Source: the human T2T-CHM13v2.0 reference genome, Homo sapiens
Assembly (NCBI RefSeq): GCF_009914755.1
Contig: NC_060933.1
Direction: 5' to 3' (one strand)
Length of the DNA: 64,000 nucleotides
Both the position numbers and the translations under genes were made by a program. Below are positions 41,001 through 56,100 of the stretch, one piece after another (position 1 is the stretch's first letter; the number at the start of each line of letters is the position of its first letter). Under the pieces are notes generated by a model. It was not told where the DNA came from. It saw nothing but the letters and a program-made list of their open reading frames with translations, and ran no database searches.

Positions 41001-44000
41001 TCAACCCGAGTGCAATGGAATGGAGAGGAATGGAATGGAATGGAATGGAAACTACCCGAATGGAATGGAATGTAATGGAGTGTAAGGGAATTGAATAGAA
41101 TCAATCCGAATGTAATGGAATGGAATGGAACGGAATGGAATGGAATGGAATGGAATGGAATGGAATGGACTGCAATGGAATGGTATCAACCCGAGTGCAA
41201 TCGAATGGAATCGAATGGAATGGAATGCAATGGAATGGATTCAAATTGAATGGAATGGAAAGAATGGAGTCAACACGAGTGGAAGCGCATGCATTGGAAT
41301 GCAATGGAATGGAATCAACTCGAATACAGGGGAATGGAATGGAATGGAATGCAATGGAATGGAATCATCCGTAATGGAATGGAAAGGAATGGAATGGAAT
41401 GGAATGGAATGGAATGGAATGGAATGGAATGGATTGGAATGGAATGGAATCAACACGATTGCAATCGAATGGAATGGAATGGAATTAACCCGAATAGAAT
41501 GGAATGGAATGGAATGGAACGGAACGGAATGGAATGGAATGGAATGGAATGGAATGGAATGGAATGGAACGGAACGGAACGGAACGGAATGGAATGGAAT
41601 GGAATGGAATCAACCCGATGCAATGGAATGGAGTGGAATGGAATGGAATGGAATGGAAACATCCCGAATGGAATGGAATGTAATGGTGTGTAAGGGAATT
41701 GAATAGAAACAATCCGAATGTAATGGAATGGAATGGAATGAAATCGAATGGAATGGAATGGAATGGAATCAACCCGAGTGCAATGGAATGGAATCGAATA
41801 GAATAGAATGGAATGGATTCAACAAGAATGGAATGGAAAGGAATGGATTCAACCCGAGTGTAATGGCATGGAATGGAATGGAATGGAATGGGATGGAATG
41901 GAATGGTACGGAATAGAATGGAATGGAATGAAATGGAATGGAATGGAATGGAATGGAATGAACCCGTGTGCAATGTAATGGAATGGAACGGAATGGAATG
42001 GATTCAACTCGAAAGGAATCAACTCGATTGCAATGGAATGGAATGGAATGGAAAGGAATAGAATGGAATCAACCCGGGTAGAATGGAATGGAAAGGACTG
42101 GAATGGAGTGGAATCTAATGGAATGGAATGGAATCAAATCGATTGGAATGGAATGGAATGGAATGGAATGGAATGGAATCAACTCTATTGCAATGGAATG
42201 GAATGGAATGGAATGGAATGGAATGGAATGGAATGGAATGGAATGGAATGGAATGGAATTAACCCGAATAGAATGGAATGGAATGGAGTGGAACGGAATG
42301 TAATGGAATGGAATGGAATCAACCCGAGTGCAGGGGAATGGAATCGAATGGAATGCGATGGAATGGAATCATCCGGAATGGAATGGAATGGAATGGAATG
42401 GAATGGAATGGAATGGAATCAACTGGATTTCAATGGAATGGAATGGAATATAATGGAATGGAATTAACACGAATAGAAAGGAATGGAATGGAATGGAATG
42501 CAACGGAAAGAATGGAGTTTAATGGAATGGAATCAACCCGAGTGCAGGGGAATGGAATGGAATGGAATGCAATGGAATGGAATCATATGTAATGGAATGG
42601 AAAGGAATGGAATGGAATGGAATGGAATGGAATGGAATGGAATGGAATCAACTCGATTGTAATCGAATGGAATGGAATGGAATTAACCCGAATAGAATGG
42701 AATGGAATGGAATGGAACAGAACGGAATTGAATGGAATGGAATGGAATGGAATGGAATGGAATGGAATGGAACGGAAAGGAATGGAATGGAATGGAATGG
42801 AATGGAATGGAATCAACGCGATTGCAATCGAATGGAATGGAATGGAATTAACCCGAATAGAATGTAATGGAATGGAATGGAATGGAATCAATCATGGAAG
42901 GGAATGTAATGGAGTGGAAAGAAGGGAATGGAATCAACCCGAGTGGAATGCAAGGCAATGGAATGGAATGGAAAGGAATGGAATGGAATCAACTCGATTG
43001 CAATGGAATGGAATGGAATGGAATGGAATGGAATGCAATGGAATTAACCGGAATAGAATGGAATGGAATGGAATGGAACGGAATGGAATGGAATGGAAGG
43101 GAATGGAATCAACACGAGTGCAGGGGAATGGAATGGAATGGAATGCAATGGAATGGAATCATACGGAATGGAATGGAATGGAATGGAATCAACTCCATTG
43201 CAATGGAATGGAATGGAATGGAAAGGAATAGAATGGAATGGAATTAACCCGAATAGAATGGAATGCAATAGAATGGAATGCAATGGAACCGAATGGAGTG
43301 GAATGGAATGGAATGGAATCAACCCGAGTACAGAGGAATGGAATGGAATGGAATGCAATGGAATGGAATCATCCGTAATGGAATGGAAAGGAATGGAATG
43401 GAATGGAATGGAATGGAATGGAATGGAATCAACTCGATGGCAATCGAATGGAATGGAATGGAATTAACCCGAATAGAATGGAATGGAATGGAATGGAACG
43501 GAACGGAATGGAATGGAATGGAATGGAATGGAATGGAATGGAACGGAACGGAACGGAATGGAATGGAATGGAATGGAATGGAATCAACGCGAGTGCAGGG
43601 GAATGGAATGGAATGCAATGGAATGGAATCTTCCGGAATGGAATGGAATGGAATGGAATGAAAGGCAATGGATTCAACTCGATTGCAATGGAATGGAATA
43701 GAATGGAATGGAATGGAATGGAATGGAATGGAATGGAATTGAATGGAATGGAATGCCTTCAAACCGAATGGAATGGAAAGGAATGGAATCAACACGAGTG
43801 GAAAGGAATGGAATGGAAAGGAATGGAAAGGAATGGAATGGTACGGAATACAACGGAATGGAACGAACTGGAATGGAATGGAATGGAATGGAATGGAATG
43901 GAATGGAATGGAATCGTTCCGAGTGGAATAGGAGGGAATGTATTCGAGTGGAATGGAAAGGAATGGAATCAACCAGAGTGGAATGGAAGGGAATGGAATG

Positions 44001-47000
44001 GAATGGAAACTAATAGAATGGAATCAACCCGAGTGGAATGGAATGGAAAGGACTGGAATGGAATGGAATGGAATGGAATGGAATGGAATGGAATGGAATC
44101 AACTCGATTGTAATGGAATGGAATGGAATGGAATGGAATTAACCCGAATACAATGGAATGGAATGGAATGGAACGGAATGGAGTGGAATGGAATGGAATC
44201 AACCCGAGTGCAGGGGAATGGAATGGAATGGAATGCAATGGAATGGAATCATCCGGAATTGAATGGAATGGAATGGAATGGAAAGCAATGGAATCAACTC
44301 GATTGCAATGGAATGGAATGGAATGGAAAGGAATACATTGGAATCAACCCGAGTGGAATGGAATGGAAAGGACTGGAATGGAGTGGAATGGAATGGAAAG
44401 GACTGGAATGGAGTGGAATGGAATGGAATGGAGTGGAATGGAATGGAATGGAATGGAATGGAATTAACCCGAATAGAATGGAAAGGAATGGAATGGAACG
44501 GAACGGAACGGAACGGAATGGAATGGAATGGAATGGAATGGAATGGAATGGAATCAACCCGACTGCAGGGGAATGGAATGGAATGGAATGCAATGGAATG
44601 GAATCATCCGGAATGGAATGGAATGGAATGGAATGCAAAGCAATGGAATCAACTCGAGTACAGGGGAATGGAATGGAATGGAATGCAATGCAATGGAATC
44701 TTCCGGAATGGAATGGAATGGAATGGAATGGAATGGAATGGAATGGAATCAACCCGAGTGCAATGGAATGGAGTGGAATGGAATGGAACAACCCGAATGG
44801 AATGGAATGTAATGGAGAGTAAGGGAGTTGAATAGAGTCAATCCGAATGTAATGGAATGGAATGGAACGGAATGGAATTGAATGGAATGGAATGGAATGC
44901 AATGGAATGGAATCAACCCGAGTGCAATGGAATGGAGAGGAATGCAATGGAATGGAATGGAAACTACCCGAATGGAATGGAATGTAATGGAGTGTAAGGG
45001 AATTGAATAGAATCAATCCGAATGTAATGGAATGGAATGGAACGGAATGGAATGGAATGGAATGGAATGGAATGGAATGGAATGGAATGCAATGGAATGG
45101 AATCAACCCGAGTGCAATCGAATGGAATCGAATGGAATGGAATACAATGGAATGGATTCAACTTGAATGGAATGGAAAGAATGGAATCAACACGAGTGGA
45201 AGGGCATGGATTGGAATGCAATGGAATGGAATCAACCCGAGTACAGGGGAATGGAATGGAATGGAATGTAATGGAATGGAATCATCCGTAATGGAATGGA
45301 AAGAAATGGAATGGAATGGAATGGAATGGAATGGAATCAACTCGATTGCAGTCGAATGGAATGGAATGGAATGGAATGGAATGGAATTAACCCGAATAGA
45401 ATGGAAAGGAATGGAATGGAACGGAACGGAACGGAATGGAATGGAATGGAATGGGATGGAATGGAATCAACCCGACTGCAGGGGAATGGAATGGAATGGA
45501 ATGCAATGGAATGGATTCAACTTGAATGGAATGGAAAGAATGGAATCAACACGAGTGGAATGGCATGGATTGGAATGGAATTGAATGGAATCAACCCGAG
45601 TACAGGGGAATGGAATGGAATGGAATGCAATGGAATGGAATCATCCGTAATGGAATGGAAAGGAATGGAAAGGAATGGAATGGAATGGAATGGAATGGAA
45701 TCAACATGATTGCAATCGAATGGAATGGAATGGAATTAACCCGAATAGAATGGAATGGAATGGAATGGAACGGAACGGAATGGAATGGAATGGAATGGAA
45801 TGGAATGGAACGGAACCGAACGGAATGGAATGGAATGGAATGGAATGGAATGGAATCAACGCGAGTGCAGGGGAATGGCATGCAACGGAATGCAATGGAA
45901 TGGAATCTTCCGGAATGGAATGGAATGGAATGGAATGGAATGAAATGCAATGGATTCAACTCGATTGCAATGGAATGGAATAGAATGGAATGGAATGGAA
46001 TGGAATGGGATTAACCCGAATAGAATGGAATGGAATGGAATGGAACGGAATGGAACGGAACGGAATGGAATGGAATGGAATGGAATGGAATGGAATGGAA
46101 TGGTATGGAATGGAATGGAATGGTACGGAATAGAATGGAATGGAACGAATTGTAATGGAATGGAATTGAATGGAATGGAATGGAATGGAATTGAATCAAT
46201 GCGAGTGCAGGGGAATGTAATGGAACGGAATGCAATGGAATGGAATCATCCGGAATGGAATGGAATGGAATGGAATGGAATGGAATCAACCCGAGTGCAA
46301 TGGAATGGAGTGGAATGGAATGGAATGGAATGGAACAACCCGAATGGAATGGAATGTAATGGAGAGTAAGGGAGTTGAATAGAATCAATCCGAATGTAAT
46401 GGAAGGGAATGCAACGGAATGGAATGGAATGGAATGGAATGGAATGGAATGCAAAGGAATGGAATCAACCCGAGTGGAATGGCATGGAATGGAATGCAAT
46501 GGATTGGAATGGAATGGAATCAACTCGAGTGGAAAGGAATGGAATAGAATGGAAAGGAATGGAATGAAGTCAACTCGAGTGGAATGGAATGGAATGGAAT
46601 GGATTGGAATGGATTGCAATGGAATGAAATGGAATGGAATGGAATGGAATCAATCGTGGAAGGGAATGTAACGGAGTGGAAAGAAGGGAATGGAATCAAC
46701 CCGAGTGGAATGCAAGGCAATGGAATGGAATGGAAAGGAATGGCATGGAATCAACTCGAAAGCAATGGAATGGAATGGAATGGAATGGAATGGAATTAAC
46801 CGGAATAGAATGGAATGGAATGGAATGGAACGGAATAGAATGGAATGGAAGGGAATGGAATCAACACGAGTGCAGGGGAATGGAATGGAATGGAATGCAA
46901 TGGAATGGAATCATCCGGAATGGAATGGAATGGAATGGAATCAACTCCATTGCAATGGAATGGAATGGAATGGAATGGAATAGAATGGAATGGAATTAAC

Positions 47001-50000
47001 CCGAATAGAATGGAATGCAATAGAATGGAATGCAATGGAACCGAATGGAGTGGAATGGAATGGAATGGAATCAACCCGAGTACAGAGGAATGGAATGGAA
47101 TGGAATGCAATGGAATGGAGTCATCCGTAATGGAATGGAAAGGAATGGAATGGAATGGAATGGAATGGAATGGAATGGAATCAACTCGATGGCAATCGAA
47201 TGGAATGGAATGGAATTAACCCGAATAGAATGGAATGGAATGGAATGGAACGGAACGGAATGTAAAGGAATGGAATGGAATGGAATGGAACGGAACGGAA
47301 TGGAATGGAATGGAATGGAATGGAATGGAATGGAATCAACGGGAGTGCAGGGGAATGGAATGGAATGGAATGCAATGGAATGGAATCTTCCGTAATGGAA
47401 TGGAATGGAATGGAATGAAAGGCAATGGATTCAACTCGATTGCAATAGAATGGAATAGAATGGAATGGAATGCAATGGAATGGAATGGAATTGAATGGAA
47501 TGGAATGCCTTCAAACCGAATGGAATGGAAAGGAATGGAATCAACACGAGTGGAAAGGAATGGAATGGAAAGGAATGGAAAGGAATGGAATGGTACGGAA
47601 TAGAACGGAATGGAACGAACTGGAATGGAATGCAATGGAATGGAATGGAATGGAATGGAATGGAAACAACTCGATTGTAATGGAATGGAATGGAATGGAA
47701 TGGAATGGAATGGAATGGAATGGAATTAACCCGAATACAATGGAATGGAATGGAATGGAACGGAATGGAGTGGAATGGAATGGAATCAACCCGAGTGCAG
47801 GGGAATGGAATGGAATGGAATGCAATGGAATGGAATCATCCGGAATGGAATGGAATGGAATGGAATGCAAAGCAATGGAATCAACTCGATTGCAATGGAA
47901 TGGAATGGAATGGAAAGGAATACATTGGAATCAACCCGAGTGGAATGGAATGGAAAGGACTGGAATGGACAGGAATGGAATGGAATGGAATGGAATGGAA
48001 TGGAATTAACCCGAATAGAATGGAAAGGAATGGAATGGAACGGAACGGAACGGAACGGAATGGAATGGAATGGAATGGAATGGAATGGAATGGAATGGAA
48101 TCAACCCGACTGCAGGGGAATGGAATGGAATGGAATGCAATGGAATGGATTCAACTTGAATGGAATGGAAAGAATGGAATCAACACGAGTGGAATGGCAT
48201 GGATTGGAATGGAATGGAATGGAATCAACCCGAGTACAGGGGAATGGAATGGAATGGAATGCAATGGAATGGAATCATCCGTAATGGAATGGAAAGGAAT
48301 GGAATGGAATGGAATGGAATGGAATGGAATGGAATGGAATGGAATCAACTCGATTGCAATCGAATGGAATGGAATGGAATTAACCCGAATGGAATGGAAT
48401 GGAATGGAATGGAATGGAAAGGAACGGAACGGAACGGAATGGAATGCAATGGAATGGAATGGAATGGAATGGAACGGAAAGGAATGGAATGGAATGGAAT
48501 GGAATGGAATGGAATGGAATGGAATGGAATCAACGCGAGTGCAGGGGAATGGAATGGAATGGAATGCAATGGAATCGGATCTTCCGGAATGGAATGGAAT
48601 GGAATGGAATGGAATGGAATGGAATGGAATAAACCAGACTGCAATGGAATGGAGTGGAGTGGAATGGAATGGAATGGAACAACCCGAATGTAATGGAATG
48701 TAATGGAGAGTAAGGGAGTTGAATAGAATCAATCCGAATGTAATGGAATGGAATGGAACGGAATGGAATTGAATGGAATGGAATGGAATGCAATGGAATG
48801 GAATCAACCCGAGTGCAATGGAATGGAGAGGAATGGAATGGAATGGAACGGAAAGTACCCGAATGGAATGGAATGTAATGGAGTGTAAAGGAATTGAATA
48901 GAATCAATCCGAATGCAATGGAATGGAATGGAACGGAATGGAATGGAATGGAATGGAATGGAATGGAATGGAATGCAATGGAATGGAATCAACCCGAGTG
49001 CAATCGAATGGAATCGAATGGAATGGAATGCAATGGAATGGAATCAACTCGATTGCAATCGAATGGAATGGAATGGAATTAACCCGAATAGAATGGAATG
49101 GAATGGAATGGAACGGAACGGAACGGAACGGAACGGAACGGAACGGAATGGAATGGAATGGAATGGAATGGAATGGAATGGGACGGAAAGGAATGGAATG
49201 GAATGGAATGGAATGGAATGGAATGGAATCAACGCGAGTGCAGGGGAATGGAATGGAATGGAATGCAATGGAATGGAATGTTCCGGAATGGAATGGAATG
49301 GAATGGAATGGAAAGGAATGGAATGGAATGGAATAAACCCGAGTGTAATGGAATGGAGTGGAATGGAATGGAATGGAATGGAACAACCCGAATGGAATGG
49401 AATATAATGGAGAGTAAGGGAGTTGAATAGAGTCAATCCGAATGTAATGGAATGGAATGGAACGGAATGGAATTGAATGGAATGGAATGGAATGCAATGG
49501 AATGGAATCAACCCGAGTGCAATGGAATGGAGAGGAATGGAATGGAATGGAATGGAAACTACCCGAATGGAATGGAATGTAATGGAGTGTAAGGGAATTG
49601 AATAGAATCAATCCGAATGTAATGGAATGGAATGGAACGGAATGGAATGGAATGGAATGGAATGGAATGGAATGGAATGGAATGGACTGCAATGGAATGG
49701 TATCAACCCGAGTGCAATCGAATGGAATCGAATGGAATGGAATGCAATGGAATGGATTCAAATTGAATGGAATGGAAAGAATGGAGTCAACACGAGTGGA
49801 AGCGCATGCATTGGAATGCAATGGAATGGAATCAACTCGAATACAGGGGAATGGAATGGAATGGAATGCAATGGAATGGAATCATCCGTAATGGAATGGA
49901 AAGGAATGGAATGGAATGGAATGGAATGGAATGGAATGGAATGGAATGGATTGGAATGGAATGGAATCAACACGATTGCAATCGAATGGAATGGAATGGA

Positions 50001-50130
50001 ATTAACCCGAATAGAATGGAATGGAATGGAATGGAACGGAACGGAATGGAATGGAATGGAATGGAATGGAATGGAATGGAATGGAACGGAACGGAACGGA
50101 ATGGAATGGAATGGAATGGAATGGAATGGA
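32085..50130 (+). repeat. Tandem duplication D: unit 1 ~32085-41590 (9.5 kb), unit 2 ~41591-50130 (8.5 kb); the units differ by a ~1-kb indel
   Basis: ORF pairs at offset 9502-9507 (32366/41873, 33060/42562, 33561/43063), then 8492-8517 (35241/43743, 37453/45950, 39248/47745, 40537/49044). Both units start with the marker CAACCCGATGCAATGG. Confidence 0.92.
40603..40637 (+). repeat. (GGAAC)7 variant-pentamer run (homologous runs at ~49110 and ~60209)
   Basis: Seven consecutive GGAAC units, each creating a CpG with the next unit. Confidence 0.85.
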
Positions 50131-53100
50131 ATGGAATCAACGCGAGTGCAGGGGATTGGAATGTAATGGAATGCAATGCAATGGAATCTTCCGGAATGGA
50201 ATGGAATGGAATGGAATGGAATGAAATGCAATGGATTCAACTCGATTGCAATGGAATGGAATAGAATGCAATGGAATGGAATGGAATGGGATTAACCCGA
50301 ATAGAATGGAATGGAATGGAATGGAACGGAAGGGAACGGAATGGAATGGAATGGAATGGCATGGAATGGAATGGAATGGTATGGAATGGAATGGAATGGT
50401 ACGGAATAGAATGGAATGGAACGAATTGTAATGGAATGGAATTGAATGGAATGGAATGGAATGGAATGGAATGGAATGCAAAGGAATGGAATCAACCCGA
50501 GTGGAATGGCATGGAATGGAATGCAATGGATTGGAATGGAATGGAATCAACTCGATTGAAAAGGAATATAATGGAATGGAAAGGAATGGAATGAAGTCAA
50601 CTCGAGTGGAATGGAATGGAATGGAATGGATTGGAATGGATTGCAATGGAATGAAATGGAATGGAATGGAATGGAATCAATCATGGAAGGGAATGTAATG
50701 GAGTGGAAAGAAGGGAATGGAATCAACCCGAGTGGAATGCAAGGCAATGGAATGGAATGGAAAGGAATGGAAAGGAATCAACTCGATTGCAATGGAATGG
50801 AATGGAACGGAATGGAATGGAATGGAAGGGAATGGAATCAACACGAGTGCAGGGGAATGGAATGGAATGGAATGCAATGGAATGGAATCAACTCCATTGC
50901 AATGGAATGGAATGGAATGGAATGGAATAGAATGGAATGGAATTAACCACAATAGATGGAATGCAATAGAATGGAATGCAACGGAACCGAATGGAGTGGA
51001 ATGGAATGGAATGGAATCAACCCGAGTACAGGGGAATGGAATGGAATGGAATGCAATGGAATGGAGTCATACGTAATGGAATGGAAAGGAATGGAATGGA
51101 ATGGAATGGAATGGAATGGAATGGAATGGAATCAACTCGATGGCAATCGAATGGAATGGAATGGAATTAACCCGAATAGAATGGAATGGAATGGAATGGA
51201 ACGGAAAGGAACGGAATGGAATGGAATGGAATGGAATGGAATGGAATGGAATGGAACGGAACGGAATGGAATGGAATGGAATGGAATGGAATGGAATCAA
51301 AGCGAGTGCCGTAGAATGTAATGGAATGCAATGGAATGGAATCTTCCGGAATGGAATGGAATGGAATGGAATGGAATGGAATGGAATGGAATCAACGCTA
51401 GTGCAGGGGAATGGAATGGAATGGAATGCAATGGAATGGAATCTTCCGGAATGGAATGGAATGGAATGGAATGGAATGAAAGGCAATGGATTCAACTCGA
51501 TTGCAATGCAATGGAATAGAATAGAAGGGAATGGAGTGGAATGGAATGGAATTGAATGGAATGGAATGCCTTCAAACCGAATGGAATGGAATGGAATGGA
51601 ATCCACACGAGTGGAAAGGAATGGAATGGAAAGGAATGGAATGGAATGGAATGGTACGGAATAGAACGGAATGGAACGAACTGGAATGGAATGGAATGGA
51701 ATGGAATGGAATGGAATGGAATGGAATGGAATCGTTCCGAGTGGAATAGGAGGGAATGTATTCGAGTGGAATGGAAAGGAATGGAATCAACCAGAGTGGA
51801 ATGGAAGGGAATGGAATGGAATGGAAACTAATAGAATGGAATCAACCCGAGTGGAATGGAATGGAAAGGACTGGAATGGAATGGAATGGAATGGAATGGA
51901 ATCAACTCGATTGTAATGGAATGGAATGGAATGGAATGGAATGGAATGGAATTAACCCGAATACAATGGAATGGAATGGAATGGAACGGAATGGAGTGGA
52001 ATGGAATGGAATCAACCCGAATAGAATGGAATGGAATGGAATGGAACGGAACGGAACGGAACGGAACGGAACGGAATGGAATGGAATGGTATGGAATGGA
52101 ATGGAATGGAATGGAATGGAATGGAATGGAATGGAATGGAATTAACCCGAATAGAATGGAATGGAATGGAATGGAACGGAACGGAACGGAACGGAACGGA
52201 ATGGAATGGAATGGAATGGAATGGTATGGAATGGAATGGAATGGTACGGAATAGAATGGAATGGAAAGAATTGGAATGGAATGGAATCGAATGGAATGGA
52301 ATGGAATGGAATGGAATGGTATGGAATCAACCCGAGTGCAGGGGAATGTAATGGAACGGAATGTAATGGAATGGAATCATCCGGAATGGAATGGAATGGA
52401 ATGGAATGGAATGGAATGGAATGGAACCAACCCGATTGTGATGGAATGGAATGCAATGGAGTGGAATGGAATGGAATCAACCCGAGTGCAGGGGAATGCA
52501 ATGGAATGGAATGAAATGGAATGGAATCATCCGGAATGGAATGGAATGGAATGGAATGCAAAGCAATGGAATCAACTCGATTGCAATGGAATGGAATGGA
52601 ATGGAAAGGAATACATTGGAATCAACCCGAGTGGAATGGAATGGAAAGGACTGGAATGGAGTGGAATGGAATGGAATGGAAAGGAATGGAATCAACTCGA
52701 TTGGAATGGAATGGAATGGAATGGAATGGAATGGAATTAACCCGAATAGAATGGAATGGAATGGAATGGAACGGAACGGAACGGAATGGAATGGAATGGA
52801 ATGGAATGGAATGGAATGGAATGGAATGGAATCAACCCGACTGCAGGGGAATGGAATGGAATGGAATGCAATGGAATGGATTCAACTTGAATGGAATGGA
52901 AAGAATGGAATCAACACGAGTGGAATGGCATGGATTGGAATGGAATGGAATGGAATCAACCCGAGTACAGGGGAATGGAATGGAATGGAATGCAATGGAA
53001 TGGAATCATCCGTAATGGAATGGAAAGGAATGGAATGGAATGGAATGGAATGGAATGGAATGGAATGGAATCAACTCGATTGCAATCGAATGGAATGGAA

Positions 53101-56100
53101 TGGATTTAACCCGAATAGAATGGAATGGAATGGAATGGAACGGAATGGAACGGAACGGAATGGAATGGAATGGAATGGAATGGAATGGAATGGAACGGAA
53201 AGGAATGGAATGGAATGGAATGGAATGGAATGGAATCAACGCGAGTGCAGGGGAATGGAATGGAATGGAATGCAATGGAATGGAATCTTCCGGAATGGAA
53301 TGGAATGGAATGGAATGGAATGGAATGGAATGGAATGCAATGGAATAAACCCGAGTGCAATGGAATGGAGTGGAATGGAATGGAATGGAATGGAACAGCC
53401 CGAATGGAATGGAATGTAATGGAGAGTAAGGGAGTTGAAAAGAATCAATCCGAATGTAATGGAATGGAATGGAACAGAATGGAATTGAATGGAATGGAAT
53501 GGAATGCAATGGAATGGAATCAACCCGATTGCAATGGAATGGAGAGGAATGGAATGGAATGGAATGGAAACTACCCGAATGGAATGGAATGTAATGGAGT
53601 GTAAGGGATTTGAATAGAATCAATCCGAATGTAATGGAATGGAATGGAACGGAATGGAATGGAATGCAATGGAATGGAACGGAATGGAATGGAATGCTAT
53701 GGAATGGAATCAACCCGAGTGCAATCGAATGGAATCGAATGGAATGGAATGCAATGGAATGGATTCAACTTGAATGGAATGGAAAGAATGGAATCAACAC
53801 GATTGGAAGGGCATGGATTGGAATGCAATGGAATGGAATCAACCCGAGTACAGGGGAATGGAATGGAATGGAATGCAATGGAATGGAATCATCCGTAATG
53901 GAATGGAAAGGAACGGAATGGAATGGAATGGAATGGAATGGAATGGAATGGAATGGAATCAACACGATTGCAATCGAATGGAATGGAATGGAATTAACCC
54001 GAATAGAATGGAATGGAATGGAATGGAACGGAACGGAATGGAATGGAATGGAATGGAACGGAACGGAACGGAACGGAACGGAATGGAATCAACGCGAGTG
54101 CAGGGGAATGGAATGGAATGGAATGCAATGGAATGGAATATTCCGAATGGAATGGAATGGAATGGAATGGAATGGAACGGAACCGAACGGAATGGAATGG
54201 AATGGAATGGAATGGAATGGAATCAACGCGAGTGCAGGGGAATGGCATGCAACGGAATGCAATGGAATGGAATCTTCCGGAATGGAATGGAATGGAATGG
54301 AATGGAATGAAATGCAATGGATTCAACTCGATTGCAATGGAATGGAATAGAATGGAATGGAATGGAATGGAATGGGATTAACCCGAATAGAATGGAATGG
54401 AATGGAATGGAACGGAATGGAACGGAACGGAATGGAATGGAATGGAATGGAATGGAATGGAATGGAATGGTATGGAATGGAATGGATTGGTACGGAATAG
54501 AATGGAATGGAACGAATTGTAATGGAATGGAATTGAATGGAATGGAATGGAATGGAATTGAATCAATGCGAGTGCAGGGGAATGTAATGGAACGGAATGC
54601 AATGGAATGGAATCATCCGGAATGGAATGGAATGGAATGGAATGGAATGGAATCAACCCGAGTGCAATGGAATGGAGTGGAATGGAATGGAATGGAATGG
54701 AACAACCCGAATGGAATGGAATGTAATGGAGAGTAAGGGAGTTGAATAGAATCAATCCGAATGTAATGGAAGGGAATGCAACGGAATGGAATGGAATGGA
54801 ATGGAATGGAATGGAATGCAAAGGAATGGAATCAACCCGAGTGGAATGGCATGGAATGGAATGCAATGGATTGGAATGGAATGGAATCAACTCGAGTGGA
54901 AAGGAATGGAATAGAATGGAAAGGAATGGAATGAAGTCAACTCGAGTGGAATGGAATGGAATGGAATGGATTGGAATGGATTGCAATGGAATGAAATGGA
55001 ATGGAATGGAATGGAATCAATCGTGGAAGGGAATGTAACGGAGTGGAAAGAAGGGAATGGAATCAACCCGAGTGGAATGCAAGGCAATGGAATGGAATGG
55101 AAAGGAATGGCATGGAAACAACTCGATTGCAATGGAATGGAATGGAATGGAATGGAATGGAATTAACCGGAATAGAATGGAATGGAATGGAATGGAACGG
55201 AATAGAATGGAATGGAAGGGAATGGAATCAACACGAGTGCAGGGGAATGGAATGGAATGGAATGCAATGGAATGGAATCATCCGGAATGGAATGGAATGG
55301 AATGGAATCAACTCCATTGCAATGGAATGGAATGGAATGGAATGGAATAGAATGGAATGGAATTAACCCGAATAGAATGGAATGCAATAGAATGGAATGC
55401 AATGGAACCGAATGGAGTGGAATGGAATGGAATGGAATCAACCCGAGTACAGAGGAATGGAATGGAATGGAATGCAATGGAATGGAGTCATCCGTAATGG
55501 AATGGAAAGGAATGGAATGGAATGGAATGGAATGGAATGGAATGGAATCAACTCGATGGCAATCGAATGGAATGGAATGGAATTAACCCGAATAGAATGG
55601 AAAGGAATGGAATGGAACGGAACGGAACGGAACGGAATGGAATGGAATGGAATGGAATGGAATCAACCCGACTGCAGGGGAATGGAATGGAATGGAATGC
55701 AATGGAATGGAATCATCCGGAATGGAATGGAATGGAATGGAATGCAAAGCAATGGAATCAACTCGAGTACAGGGGAATGGAATGGAATGGAATGCAATGC
55801 AATGGAATCTTCCGGAATGGAATGGAATGGAATGGAATGGAATGGAATCAACCCGAGTGCAATGGAATGGAGTGGAATGGAATGGAACAACCCGAATGGA
55901 ATGGAATGTAATGGAGAGTAAGGGAGTTGAATAGAGTCAATCCGAATGTAATGGAATGGAATGGAACGGAATGGAATTGAATGGAATGGAATGGAATGCA
56001 ATGGAATGGAATCAACCCGAGTGCAATGGAATGGAGAGGAATGCAATGGAATGGAATGGAAACTACCCGAATGGAATGGAATGTAATGGAGTGTAAGGGA

